Shown piece after piece: positions 39,670 through 53,019 of a stretch of DNA of 64,000 nt; positions within the stretch are counted from its first letter, which is position 1; the number at the start of each line of letters is the position of its first letter. Both the position numbers and the translations under genes were made by a program. Location of the stretch: positions 68,076,001 through 68,140,000 of the forward strand of contig OZ024745.1 of the NCBI GenBank assembly GCA_964016885.1. Reading direction: 5' to 3'. Below the pieces are notes generated by a model. The model ran no database searches. It was not told the DNA's origin and saw only the letters and a list, made by a program, of their open reading frames with translations. This DNA comes from Eledone cirrhosa (taxonomy: Eukaryota).

Positions 39670-41618
39670 AAAAGGATCGATAAACTTAGTACATGACTTG
39701 AAAAAAATTCAGGGGTCGATTTGGTCGAGTAAATCACATAAAACGGTGCCCCAGCATAGCCGCCGTCTAATGAGAAATCATAGGAAAAATAATAAAGGAA
39801 TCAAACTGATAAAAGCCCATTCTATTCCATATTTAGATATTTTGTTTTCTAATAAACATACATTGTGAAGACGCGTGGACTAATGGCTAGGATGTTTGGC
39901 TCACGATTTTAAGGTTATGATCTCCATTCTTGGTGGCCTGTTATGTCCTCGATAAGAAACTAATTTTCAATTTGCCCCAATTCACTTATCTGGCAAAAAT
40001 GTGTTGTACCTGTAATTCAACGGACTATCCTTCTTACTTCGCGCTGAATATCCTTGAGAATTACGTTAAATGTACACACGTGTCCGTGGAATGCTCAGCT
40101 ACTTGTACATTGATTTCATTCGCATGCTGTTTCGGTGATTAAATGATTCAAACACTCATCATCAAATCCGACAGAGATCTATTCCATCCCACATTTAGGT
40201 ATTTTGCTTGTTTGTTTACTAAATTTCTATTGAAATAAATATTCGATTAAATAAAATATATGACTAGGAATATTTCATATGAATTACTAGAGATTCTTCA
40301 ATCGGATTGAAATCACTCAGATGAAGTTAAGGCCATAAAGGATTTCACAACATCCTGCTCCTTTGTTTAGCTCTCATCACTGATTGGAATATTCTAAACG
40401 TGAATTATATTTCCCGAGGGTTTATTCTCTTTCTTATATTACTTAGAATTTCTCAGCATACATATCAGCGTTCTATATTCAATACTGCTAGCCCTTGAGA
40501 GAAAGGAAAACCTTAGTTTTCTCTATATATTCTATGGACACTGTACAGCAGATATACGACAAACTGTCTCCAATCATCTTATGCATGATCGCAGAAATCA
40601 TAAATACGTTTCTATTAATTTACCGTCATACAAGTGTTATTCATCTATCTACTTTGCATAGAATATTAATTCGAAATTCGGAACCAGAAGATTCAATAAG
40701 AAATCTCAATTTGCCGATATATTGATGATAATTCAATAACCTGTTCGGTAGGAAAGGAAGCAGTAGCAACAACAGCAACAGCAGCAACATCCAACTAGAG
40801 AATGGTAGTCGTATATATTTATTTCAATTTTATGAAAGTAGAACAGTTTATATAATATTTAGGATTTACAAAAGAAACAAATCAATATAGAGTCAGAAAC
40901 GAGTAGAAAAAATGCCATGCGCACCCAATACTCATTTACAATAAGGAACGTTAGTGCTGTTTTCAGAAACATTTCAGGCAAGTCAAGTCACTTACGATCA
41001 TCTCTCGATACTTCATTAAGAGGAGCCACCAACGATTTCTGAAAGTTTTTTTTTGTCAGCGGCTTAGCTACCGTGAACGTCTTGAATACTACAGACTGAA
41101 AAATGTAATTTACTGATGAATTACCATATTTCAATGGTTTATTCTGTCCAGCTGTAGATTCAGTGCTTTCTTTACTTCCACTATCTCCGCTGCAGCATCT
41201 AGGGATGCGACAAATAGAGAAGGAGTAGCTAACAGTGACGTCCTCAAATAAAGGTACACTTAGTCTATTTTAATATACGAGAAAATTATATTGATATATC
41301 AGAATATGTCCGATATAGTGGACAAAAAGACAAACAAACAAGCGAAACAAAAACAAAACGTTATTTGTCATATTTATTTGTCAAATGGCCCTTCGTCGGG
41401 TTCGACAATGAGTGTTCTAGATACATGACTTACTGGTTACTATTGCTAACAACCTTTTAGATTATCATTTCAAATTCCACCAGAGTCAGATTTATCTTTC
41501 ATTCTTCTTGGGTTGATTAAATATGTACTAGTCGTTTAGAACGATTACATACACCACCTACAGATGTTTGACATGTTACATAGGTGGCGAAATATTTAAT
41601 CCCGTATGAAGAAGGTAG

Positions 41619-41756
<138 letters not shown>

Positions 41757-43410
41757 TGTATTGGACTTCCTGTCGATTCCGACAGCGAGTATTCCAGTTC
41801 TGTGAACAATCGACCTTGTAAGGATGAAAGGCTAGGTTGATTTTGCCTTTCATCCTTACAGGGTCGATAAAATAAAGTATCAGTAACGTACTGGGTAATT
41901 GCTGGCCTTGTGCCAAAAGTAGAAACAATTATGTCATAATGTAGTGAAAGTACGTGGCTTAGTGGTTAGGGTGTTGGGTTCATAAAGTCATGTATTTGAT
42001 TACCTTACTATGTAACACGTTATTTCATTGAGCAAGACACTTGAACAGCTGAAAATGAACACCAGTGGGCTAATCTCCGCAACGGAGTGGCATCTCTGCC
42101 AGAGGAAATTTTGCAATCCTAACTGGTTAAAGTTCATAAAAACGTCAGAAACTCCGAATTTCGTCCAGCCAGTTGAAGCATGGGAAAGCTGACGTAAACA
42201 ATAAATCTAATTCATAATATTGAATACTGGTTGATTGGTTCTCTTTATGAGTTCCAATATATATGTAATTGAATCAACGAGGTAGCCATTAGTGGGTTGA
42301 TCGACTTACTATACATAACAGCCTAATTTCTCCTATATCACACCCTTCATAAGGTGAAAGAAAGATTATATTCGATAATATTATTCTTTATACACTATGT
42401 CTGATAACGAGATACGATGGTCATTGCTAGAATGCCCTTCATAATATGTCTGCTTAATCAGGGTCGACATAAGTTTAGCAACACATGATAACAGATTCAC
42501 GGAGCGAGATATATGAACCAATTCAAAAGACTCACAGAAGTGTGTAAAACATTATAGGAAAACATCTAATACAAAGCGTATATAATTCTTAACATATACA
42601 AAATACGTTTATATGTAAGCAAGTTCCTGTACAAATGCTACTACATAAAATTCACATTAAAACTATATTCTGTCAAGGAAGTAAAATAACCATAAAATAA
42701 AATATCTTTGTCAAATAACTAATGTTTATAGCTAAGTCTTTGTTTTGTCTCCTGGAAACAACATTAACCTTACACAGAAACACTTAGTAAATCTATAGAT
42801 ACGTTGTTCTAAGGTTAAACAATATAACGTGGACAGGGGCTTGACACTTTAAAATTAAAGGATACAAATTACTATTTTTATTAGTTTTACCATTAAACTA
42901 GTTTCTTAAAGGGATAAAAGAACTATTAAATAAGAATATATGAAATTCTTTTAAGCAACTTGAAAAAGAGAAAATTCTAAGAAGCTATGAAATTAACTGT
43001 TGCTTTAAGTTATAATTTTAATCATTGCTGTTTTATTGTTATATTATCTCTTCTATCACCTTTGAGTGAAGGTTCATGGTTTGTTATTAGGTGTGTTGGT
43101 CTCATTATTATAAGGTTGTAAGTTCAATCCCTGAACTGGGCAGCACATTGTGTTGTTGAGCAAAACACGTCATTCCACGTACCGCGCGCGCGCGCGAGAG
43201 AGAGAGTGAGAGAGAGAGCAAGTGTGTGAGGGAGAGAGAATGGAGTTAGGATAAATGATAGAAGATACACATACATACAGTTTTGCTCGCTGAATGAATA
43301 TATATATATATATATATATATATTTCTTTTTTTTAGGGCATCGAATACAATGCTTTGCACTATTCATTCCGTCCAATAGCTGGGTCGATTGTCCAAAATT
43401 ATACACATAT

Positions 43411-43465
<55 letters not shown>

Positions 43466-43629
43466 GTACATATATATATATATATGCATATACTTATAAA
43501 CATATTCATACAGCTTTTTGTCATTCTCAAAATTGGAAAGACCAACGTAAACATTGTTTCCTCGGTCCGATTTGATGAGCTTCACCCCACTCGATAAGCT
43601 AATGCGGTCTGAGATCTTGTCGATCGACT

Positions 43630-43695
<66 letters not shown>

Positions 43696-43710
43696 ATATA
43701 TATATATATA

Positions 43711-44169
43711 TGGTCGTTTTTGAAGCCTCAACAATGCAGATTAGTAAGTCTCCGGGTAACAGGATCCGGTGGTGAAGAGAGAGATATAAGGGAATGTAGA
43801 ATGAGATGTATAGTGTGTAGAGAAACGTAGGAAAGAGCGTAAAAAATAAAAATAATAACACGAGATAGAGGTACCTTGGGAGAGATTTAATTGTCCCTAT
43901 ATTTCGGATTCGACAGATAACTTTCCCCCGCCGGAAAAAACCCACAGTTGATGGATGCGAATCCGAAATTTATTTTTATTTTTTACGCCCTTTCCTACGT
44001 TCCTCTACACACTATACATCTCATTCTACATTCCCTTACATCTCTCTCTTCACCACCGGATCCTGTTACCCGGAGACTTACCCATCTGCACTGTTGAGGC
44101 TTCCAAAACGACCAAAAGAAAATAAATCTTATTATTATTCCACAATGCTTCAAGCAAACTTCAATACTC

Positions 44170-44172
<3 letters not shown>
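43711..44172. mobile_element. TA-flanked fold-back cassette with about 140-bp arms
   Basis: 43711-43853 is inverted relative to about 43970-44114, with several mismatches. No complete hammerhead core was seen. Confidence 0.7.
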
Positions 44173-44239
<67 letters not shown>

Positions 44240-44245
<6 letters not shown>

Positions 44246-44431
44246 ATGTTCAAGACCCTGACGGCAGAGATCAAGCCATTTCGACGGCTATTTCCAGAAA
44301 TACCGTCGAAACGGTTTGAGCTCTGCCGTCGGGATCTTGAACATTTTCCTATTACTCACTCTACTACCGTAAGTATTGAGAACTCTGGTGCGTTATGGTC
44401 CATCTGGTTCCTTACCACATTTCCTTCGTTA
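44240..44431 (+). mobile_element. Family A fold-back cassette, diverged subfamily
   Basis: Arms surround a centre near 44295; GAAAC-GGT...GCC-GTC; same tail as 39150-39231. Confidence 0.75.
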
Positions 44432-44439
44432 TATATATA

Positions 44440-44871
44440 TCTCCTTATAATATATAACCAGCAATTTCTCTGTTTGTCTGTCTGTCCGACAGTGGAAACA
44501 CGTGCGCGCGTGCGAATGTTTTTTGCGCACGCGTAGAGTGAGAGTGAAAGAAAGAGACAGACTACGAGAGGGGGGTAGCGGGAGGGAGAGAGGGAGAGAG
44601 AGAGAGAGTGAATAGACGCTAAAATACGTGCGCGCGTGCGAATGTTTTTTGCGCACGCGTAGAGAGAGAGTGAGAGTGAAAGAAAGAGACAGACTACAAG
44701 AGGGGGATAGCGGGAGGGAGAGAGGGGGAATTGAGGAGTGCTACAGAAACATATATACATTTCTGTGTGTGTGTAATATATATATATATACACACAGAAA
44801 TATATATACATTTCTGTGTGTGTAATATATATATATATACACACAGAAATATATATACATTTCTGTGTGTG

Positions 44872-44918
<47 letters not shown>

Positions 44919-44996
44919 GAAATATATATACATTTCTGTGTGTGTAATATATATATATACTAGCAGAAAACCACCCAATGGGCGGTTTTCTGCTAG
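44440..44996 (+). mobile_element. Non-autonomous Helitron-like element
   Basis: Starts TCTCCTTATAATATATAA followed by (TCTG)n, has internal tandem duplications, and ends in a hairpin plus CTAG. Confidence 0.65.
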
Positions 44997-45384
44997 TCTA
45001 TATATCTAAAACAGAGAATGTCTGTCTGTATATCTGGCTGTCTGCATTACGACATCGCTATATGTGTGTGTGTATATATGCATATATATATAGTGCATAT
45101 ATATATATATAGTGTGTAACGTTTTTCGAAATATTTACTTCTGCGTTCACAGATTGATTATTTTAGTTTCAGAAGATCCCGTTAAGGGTGAAAGCAGCGA
45201 TTCTTTGCTTAAACTTTAATCTGTTATTTTAATATATATATATATATAATTATATATTCGTGTACAGATATTTTTGCATACACAATAACAAAATATAAAC
45301 AAACGTATTTTTCTTATATATTCACGAGGCTCGTGAATATATAAGAACCCTAGAGAAAATCCCGAACAACGGGCCATTCTGCTA

Positions 45385-45385
<1 letters not shown>
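44997..45385 (+). mobile_element. Second, abutting non-autonomous Helitron-like element
   Basis: Starts TCTATATATCTAAAACAG followed by (TCTG)n and ends CCCGAACAACGGG...CTGCTAG before T. Confidence 0.65.
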
Positions 45386-45430
<45 letters not shown>

Positions 45431-45438
<8 letters not shown>

Positions 45439-46316
45439 ATTGAATATAAAAGAGAAATAAACTCAGATATATATACACATATGTGTTCAAATCGTAAGGG
45501 ACACAGTTCGCTAGGGTGAAAAATAATACTAACTATAACCAATAGGGTTTGCCAGACTCAATTTAAAAGAATATATCAAGAAAATAAATACAAACCGGTA
45601 CAAGCTGGCAAACCCTATTGTCTATAGTTAGTATTTTTTTCACCCTAGCGAACCTGGTCCCTTACGATTTGAACACATATGTGTATATATCTGTGTTTAT
45701 TTCTCTTTTATATTCAATTATAATATACGGCTCGGAAAAATCTCTTTCCTTGAGCTATTTAATTGTAAGAGACTATTTCGTGTTTCTAACTCAATATATA
45801 CCTTTGATATATTCGGCTCCGTCAATTTGTTGAGCTAACTTAAACGTCGAGTAAACTTGGCTGCTATTTTTAGTATCATAAGTTTGTGAGACACGTTGGG
45901 TATTGATGCCATGTGCGTTATTTTATGTACGCACAATATTCAGTATTCTGAGATACTTAGAAGTGAGGAGTTTACTAATTTTACACCCACTGATGAGCAA
46001 AGAATTGGTAATCTTCTTCACTTAAATTGCGAAACAGTTTCACCAAAAGCTGTCTGGGTGTTTGGTAGTTACCCCATACCGGTTTGTATTTATATTCTTG
46101 ATTTATTCTTTTAAATTGAGTCTGGCAAACCCTATTGGTTATAGTTAGTATTTCTTTCACCCTAGCGAACCTGGACCCTTACGATTTGAACACATATGTG
46201 TATATATATCTGTGTTTATTTCTCTTTTATATTCAATTATATTACACGGCTCGGAAAAATCACATTCCTTGAGCTACTTAATTGTAAGAGACTATTTTGA
46301 GTTTCTAACTCAATAT

Positions 46317-46323
<7 letters not shown>
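45431..46323 (+). mobile_element. Penelope-like cassette with inverted and direct terminal repeats
   Basis: 45431-45601 is an inverted copy of about 46076-46245. 45605-45803 is a direct copy of 46122-46323. It is flanked by (TA)n and has a central hammerhead. Confidence 0.8.
45983..46061 (+). ncRNA. Canonical full type-I hammerhead ribozyme
   Basis: Stem I ACACCCA/TGGGTGT (7 bp); CTGATGA at 45990-45996; stem II GCAA/TTGC; GAAA at 46031; stem III ACAG/CTGT; GTC at 46052-46054. Confidence 0.93.
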
Positions 46324-46352
<29 letters not shown>

Positions 46353-46355
<3 letters not shown>

Positions 46356-46540
46356 GTTTCTACTTTAGGCACAAGGCCAGCAATTATCCAGTACATTACT
46401 GGTACTTTATTTTATCGACCCCGTAAGGATGAAAGGCAAAATTAACCTCGGCGGGATTTGAACTCAGACCATAAAGGGCCGTAACTCTTTGCTGCAAAGC
46501 ATGGCGTCCGACCCTCTACCGATACTGCCAATCCACCGCC
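46353..46540 (-). mobile_element. Family-1 SINE inserted in (TA)n
   Basis: Full-length match to 3285-3467. Confidence 0.9.
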
Positions 46541-46670
46541 TATATATATATAGTATAGGAGACTCAGTGAATTACTGGTGGTGGTTCACATATGAGCATT
46601 CGATGCACAGGTGGAGAGTATATAAGAAAAAAACGATGAAGTTTCATTTACATGTTTTTATTGCTTATCG

Positions 46671-46762
46671 ACCTGTTACGCACGTTTCACAGATGATTGG
46701 CGCAAGGTGATCTATGGAAGTTATGGACCCGACTCCTGCATAGAACAGCTCGTCAGACTTTG
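46671..46762 (-). ncRNA. Degenerate hammerhead, paralog of 39346-39437
   Basis: CTGACGA (46756-46750) and GAAAC-gtgc-GTA-ACAGGT are retained, but the stems are eroded. Confidence 0.6.
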
Positions 46763-47229
46763 CGATTCAACAAAAAAAAAAAACAGAACATAATTTATTG
46801 TGTAGGATGTGAGGTTTAGTGCGAAAGTAATTACAAAGAAACTATGTCCACCACGGAAGATCTTTAACGTCTAATTAAGAAAATAGCGAAATTATTATCG
46901 TTATTAAATAGAGAACAGATATTAAACTCTTCCTATGATTGCAGTATAATGGCAGCAGCGGACAACATGACTTCGGGGAAAATCTCGGAACAAAGGGAAA
47001 ACACTTACACAGTATAAGTATGGAAATTCTACAAGACAACAATAAAAACGACAACAACAACAACAATATCAAGAATAACAGAAATATAAAATAAAGAAAA
47101 CGAATGGAAATTAGATAGTTTATCATTTGCTTTTCATCATTCTTCACTATCAAAGAAGGAGGTGGAAGAAATCTTATTTAAAACACAGCTGTTGTGATGA
47201 TCAAGCAGTTTCAGCATTGATGGAAGACC

Positions 47230-47313
<84 letters not shown>

Positions 47314-49133
47314 ATATATATATATATAAAGGGTGAGAGAGAAGAAAGAGAGTAGGAAATGTGTCCGCAGTTACTGTCAGCAAGCTCTCATCACCTGTAA
47401 TTAAGGCCTCTGTTGATGATGAAGCCAGCTAGTTCCCGGTCATTAAGACTTAATTTTGAAAGGCAATGTATCAAATGACGAAATCATAAGTGATTTTCTC
47501 TATGAAATTAGTTCAGTTGTGAAAACCGCCGCCAGAAAAGTTGTTGATGTAAAAGTCTTGTTAATATATACAGAGTTATTCTCAAGTTTGCTTCATATTT
47601 TATTACAATATTTCCTTTCATAATTCGCTCTTTTCATTTGTAAATCACTTGCATTTCAACATCATACTAACATTATATTTTCCTATTCATTCTTTGCATC
47701 TGTCTTTAAGTTGTGCCACTTTTATTTATATTTTGACTTTTTTCTGAGTGAATGCCACATTGTTGGAGGTTTGGGACTTAGACTTATGATCATAACGTCG
47801 TCGTGGGTTCCATTCTCTGACTCAGCGACGCTTTGTGATCTTGAGCATAATATTTTATTTCACGTGGTTCTTTCTGTCAAGAGTTATAACTGGCAATGGA
47901 AAGACCAATGAAAAGATCGTTTCTTTGGTCCAATCTGACGAAAGACACAATTCTTCTCCTTAGTTTATATTTGCTGTATTCCTCACTGCTCCCCATTGCA
48001 GTGTTTCATACTTTTCAGATACTCAAATCTATAATAACAAAGCCAAGTGTTGTAGTGAAACATGACCTAGTATTCCCTTACCTTCCTTCGTTAAGATGTT
48101 TAAAAAGATTTTATTTACTGTTTAGTCAGGGAGGGAAAAGAGCGGCAATGACCATTTTCATGGTCATCGATACTAGTGGGAAGGAGAGTATAAGGTACCT
48201 TCAAACAGGAGATCAGGTTTAATGTTTGCAACAGAGTGCACTTCAACAAATACACCCAATGGCCCGATGGTGGAGTTTAACTGGTTATCGGATGTAGTCT
48301 GCCACCTAAGTAGACCACAGTAAGATTCGAACTCAAAACGCAAAGAGCCAGAACGCTGTAATAAATTTCACCAATCCACCGTCCCTTAGTGATACCTTAT
48401 TTTATCGATATCAAAAGAATAAAAAACAAAGTTAACTCAGACAGGATTTGAACTCAGAGTACAGAGAACCGGCATATCTGAAGGCACTGTATCTTATACT
48501 TTAACGATTCTGCGCCATTTCACCGCCAGGGGTATGAGAGGTAGTGTATCTGGCGTTTCCAGGCCCCCTCAAATGAACGAGTTCGTAGCGGTTAATGGTC
48601 TACTGGATTATTTATAAATCAATGTCGTCAAGATAGACGAAGGTGGTGGTGAAAGAGCTCGGATGTCTGGTCAGCGTGTTTGCAACAGAATTAACTTTGG
48701 AAAAGCCTCAAACGTATTCCAGCCGTTCATTTTATATCCTATATTAATTCTGTACAGTTTTCAATCTCCACTAGCTATAACACACTTTCAATAACACAAC
48801 CTATCAACATTCCAAATAAAGAACACATACTGATACAATATCTTTGATTAATTAGTTGAACTGCTGCTCCATGTAAATGTTATATCCTATATAAGCACCT
48901 CTCACCTTGACATTATAACTATTTGTCAGTATTAGCTACTACAGGTGCCTTTCGCGGCCATCTATCTATCTGTCTGTCTGTCTATCTATATATATATATT
49001 AAGAAACATATCTATATATATATTTCATGTGTTCCGACAAAAATATCCTCACTCTCATATTGAAAGCTGTTCGTGACTTGACACCTATTCTGAACTCTTC
49101 CCAATCATTGTTATACATTATATGCATCCATTC

Positions 49134-49136
<3 letters not shown>

Positions 49137-49196
<60 letters not shown>

Positions 49197-49488
49197 TATG
49201 TATATATATATATATGTATATATATATATGTATATATATATATGTATATGTATGTATATATATGTGTGTATATAAATATATGTATATATATATACGTATA
49301 TATATATGTATATATATATTATGTATATATATATGTATATATATATTATGTATATATATACGTATATATATATGTATATATATATGTATATATATATTAT
49401 GTATATATATACGTATATATATATGTATATATATGTATATATATATGTATATATATATATATACATATATATATACACATATATATAC

Positions 49489-49519
<31 letters not shown>

Positions 49520-49534
49520 CACACATATATATAC

Positions 49535-49577
<43 letters not shown>

Positions 49578-49930
49578 CATATATATATATGTATATATAT
49601 ATATATACATATATATATACATATATATATATGTATATATATATATATACATATATATATACATATATATATGTATATATATATATACATATATATATAT
49701 ACATATATATATATACATATATATATATATACATATATATATATACATATATATATATACATATATATATACATATATATATACATATATATATATATAT
49801 ACATATATATACATATATATATACATATATATATATACATATATATATACATATATATATATGTATATATATATATATACATATATATACATATATATAT
49901 ACATATATATATATGTATATATATATATAC

Positions 49931-49981
<51 letters not shown>

Positions 49982-50088
49982 CATATATATATACACACAT
50001 ATATATATATACGTATATATATATACACACATATATATGTATATATATATGTATATATATATATATGTATATATATATGTATATATTT

Positions 50089-50150
<62 letters not shown>
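49137..50150. repeat. Degenerate (TA)n/(TG)/(CA) array of about 1 kb
   Basis: Directly visible. Interruptions switch from mainly TGTA to mainly TACA. Confidence 0.97.
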
Positions 50151-50151
<1 letters not shown>

Positions 50152-50608
50152 AATAACGCCCCTCTCTCATCCATGATGTATATCATCCAACCATTATCTT
50201 TACATTGAATGTATTTTAATATGAATGATTTGTACTAGCCTTATCATATATTGATTTGCTATTTTTGTAACTAAAAGACGTCGTTAGTGTCTTTTTTTTG
50301 CCAGCTTTAAGATTATTTCCTGGGAAATATTGTCGTCTGGTTTCTGGAAGATAAATATTCCTTTATTAATGGAATCTACTATTTTTATATTCTATGAAAT
50401 ATATTTAGAGTTTGTAAGTAACAAGATGTAAACCATTACGTATTTACAAATATATTTGCAAATATATCAGAATTCTTTTTTGTTTTTGCCTTTGAATAAG
50501 ATAATGTAATGAAACGTTTAAACAATGTCTGAGTTGCAAACATCTGTTGTCAACAGATTCCTAAATTTCTCTCTCATTTTTTTAAGAACCTTATTACACA
50601 CATACAGG

Positions 50609-50673
<65 letters not shown>

Positions 50674-50811
50674 GGAGGGAGAGAGAGATATGTGTGTGTG
50701 TGTGTGTGCGTGCGTGTGTATTCATGTGTGTTTGTATAGTTACGCAGTGTGACTGAATCCGGAACTACATAACTATAAAGCAAACGCCTTACTTAACCTC
50801 ACCTCATATAC

Positions 50812-50847
<36 letters not shown>

Positions 50848-50946
50848 TATAGATATATATATATATATGTAAAAGGTAAACAGAAATAACAACACAATCA
50901 GTACAAGGTATATATTAGGTTAACGCTTGATATAGCAGGAAGAGGG

Positions 50947-50982
50947 TCTTAACGTTTCGGACGCTAGTCCTTCATCAGAAGA
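50947..50982 (-). ncRNA. Minimal Penelope-type hammerhead (dimer-dependent form)
   Basis: TCTT-CTGATGA-aGGAC-tagc-GTCC-GAAAC-GTT-AAGA. Stem III is reduced to the palindrome AACGTT. The cassette 50868-51237 lies between (TA)n tracts. Confidence 0.88.
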
Positions 50983-51234
50983 AAGAATGAGAAATAAGAT
51001 ACAATGAGGGGACGGGCGGGTTGGAATTGGAAAAAATGTCTTTAGATAAAAATAACAGGTCCATTCATGACGACATCTCTTGCAAAACTGTTCGTGCTGG
51101 CGTTTTGTGTATGATTTATGTTTTAGAAAAGTGGATGAGGGAGCGCGTCTACTTGAAATGGAAAAAAAAAAAACCGTTTTGAAAAAAGATCTATACTTGT
51201 GCACGTGCGTAAGCATGATCCTCCCAAAGTATAA

Positions 51235-51291
<57 letters not shown>

Positions 51292-51352
51292 ATATAGAAA
51301 TGGCTTGTACAGGACTAGAACTGTTTCATTCGAAGGAAATCATTAGGAAACC

Positions 51353-51405
51353 GGGTTTTCCTGATGATTTCCTTCGAATGAAACAGTTCTTGTCCTGTAG
51401 AACCC
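51353..51405 (+). ncRNA. Hammerhead in fold-back cassette 51287-51484
   Basis: CTGATGA at 51361; TTC-cttc-GAA; GAAACAG...CTGT-A (GTA at 51397-51399); stem I GGGttTTC/GAACCC. The palindrome centre is near 51353. Confidence 0.75.
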
Positions 51406-52187
51406 ATTTCTATATTAAATATTTATACTCTGCTATGAATTGAGTACCTCACTTACTGTGGTTACCCCCCGATTGAACCCGGGATATGTATATATATATA
51501 TATATATATGTATATATGTGACTGAACATTCGATAGACATGTGTTTCCTTAACGTAGTTCTCAGGGAGATTCGGCGTCATACAGGGTGAAGTAAAGCTGG
51601 TCCTTTGAATTAAAGATACAACTGATTTTAGCCAACTGAGTAAACTGGAGCAATGTGAGATAAAGTAGTTTATTCAAAGACCAAACACCCAGCCAGTAAT
51701 TGAACTTACAATCATGAGATAATTACCTTAACCACTAAGTCATGCACCTTCACACGATAATAATAACTTTGATAGTGTAATGTTTATAGATACCACACAC
51801 CTAACTAATAGTGATTTAGTTAAAACATTTAAGAGAAACCTCCGAGACGATAATCTCAACATAATACTAAACAACGCCAACTTCATTGTAATATACAACT
51901 CATACGATATTATATTTAACAAATATATATTTTATGACACAATTATTTGCTTCCAAAAATATAACATTTCTACAGCAAAGGAAGTAGTTTAGAGTATTGT
52001 TTATAACTATATTCTCTCATTAAATATACAATAACAGCGGTTACATCAACTTCTTACTTATTTATTACTGAAAAACTGTGGTTTATCAACCATGTTAATA
52101 TAATAAAAAATTGTACCAATGTTATTCTCATAATTAACTTGCGGATAGTTAATAGTATACAACTTTTATTATTAGTCTATGAAGGAG

Positions 52188-52810
52188 GGCGGTTGATTGG
52201 CAGTATCGGTAGAGGGTCGGACGCCATGCTTTGCAACACAGAGTTACGGCTCTTTATGGTCTGAGTTCAAATCCCGCCGAGGTTAACTTTGCCTTTCATC
52301 CTTACGGGGTCGATAAAATAAAGTACCACTCACGCACTGGGGTCGATTTAATCGACTTTCCCCTCCCCCAAAATTGCTGGCCTTGTGCTTATATAAGAAA
52401 CCATTATTAGTCTATGAAGGAGTGACAGTGTCGGTAGAGCGTTGGACAACATGCTTTACGGCATATAGTTACGTCCCTTTCACTCTTACGGGGGTCGATA
52501 AAATAAAGTACCACTAATGCACTGGGTTCGATGTAATTGACTTCCCCTCCCCACCTAATTGTTGGCCTTGTGACTAAATCTGAAATCGTTATTAGTCAAT
52601 GAAGGATGGTTATTTGGCAGAATCATTGGAGCGTCGGGTAAGATGCATTTCGGCATTTTCTCATGTGTTTTACATTCTGACTTCAAGTCACCTTTGCCTT
52701 TCATCCTACGTGGGTAGATAAAATAAATTAACAGTTAAAAGCTGGGGGCAGTATAGCCGACTTTCCCCTCCCCACAAATAGCAGGCCTTGTACCTAGATA
52801 AGAAATTATT
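52188..52810 (+). mobile_element. Three family-1 SINE copies of increasing divergence
   Basis: Flank ATTATTAGTCTATGAAGGAG is repeated at 52168 and 52403, with a variant near 52589. Confidence 0.85.
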
Positions 52811-53019
52811 TGTCTGTGGAAGAGAGAGGGGCTCAACTAGGTTTTAAATGCCTAAGACACGCCCTGTGTTAAGACTGTACCCGCTACTACTCCACCAGGA
52901 GTTAATGCTCTTTATCATTACATTTATACTTTTACCTGTACAGATAAAATTGAAGCTTTTTGAAAACCACTTTATTGGACTTGGCTAAGTGAGAGATGTC
53001 GGTAAGCATGCCAAGAAGT

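Noticed and set aside
43565-43628. Possible degenerate hammerhead (TTGATGA...GAGAT...GTC)
   Set aside because: It needs two core substitutions and has ambiguous stems, so it cannot be supported by eye although it lies between TA tracts.
47330-47530. Host exon or conserved enhancer
   Set aside because: It looks unique but has no ORF or splice support, and conservation cannot be assessed without alignments.
48999-50208. Long ORFs of 250-395 aa, and similar YI/HT/CV ORFs throughout
   Set aside because: These are translations of dinucleotide microsatellites that lack stop codons.
51780-52170. Penelope GIY-YIG/RT remnant as the autonomous partner
   Set aside because: No convincing motif could be read, and the resemblance is too weak.
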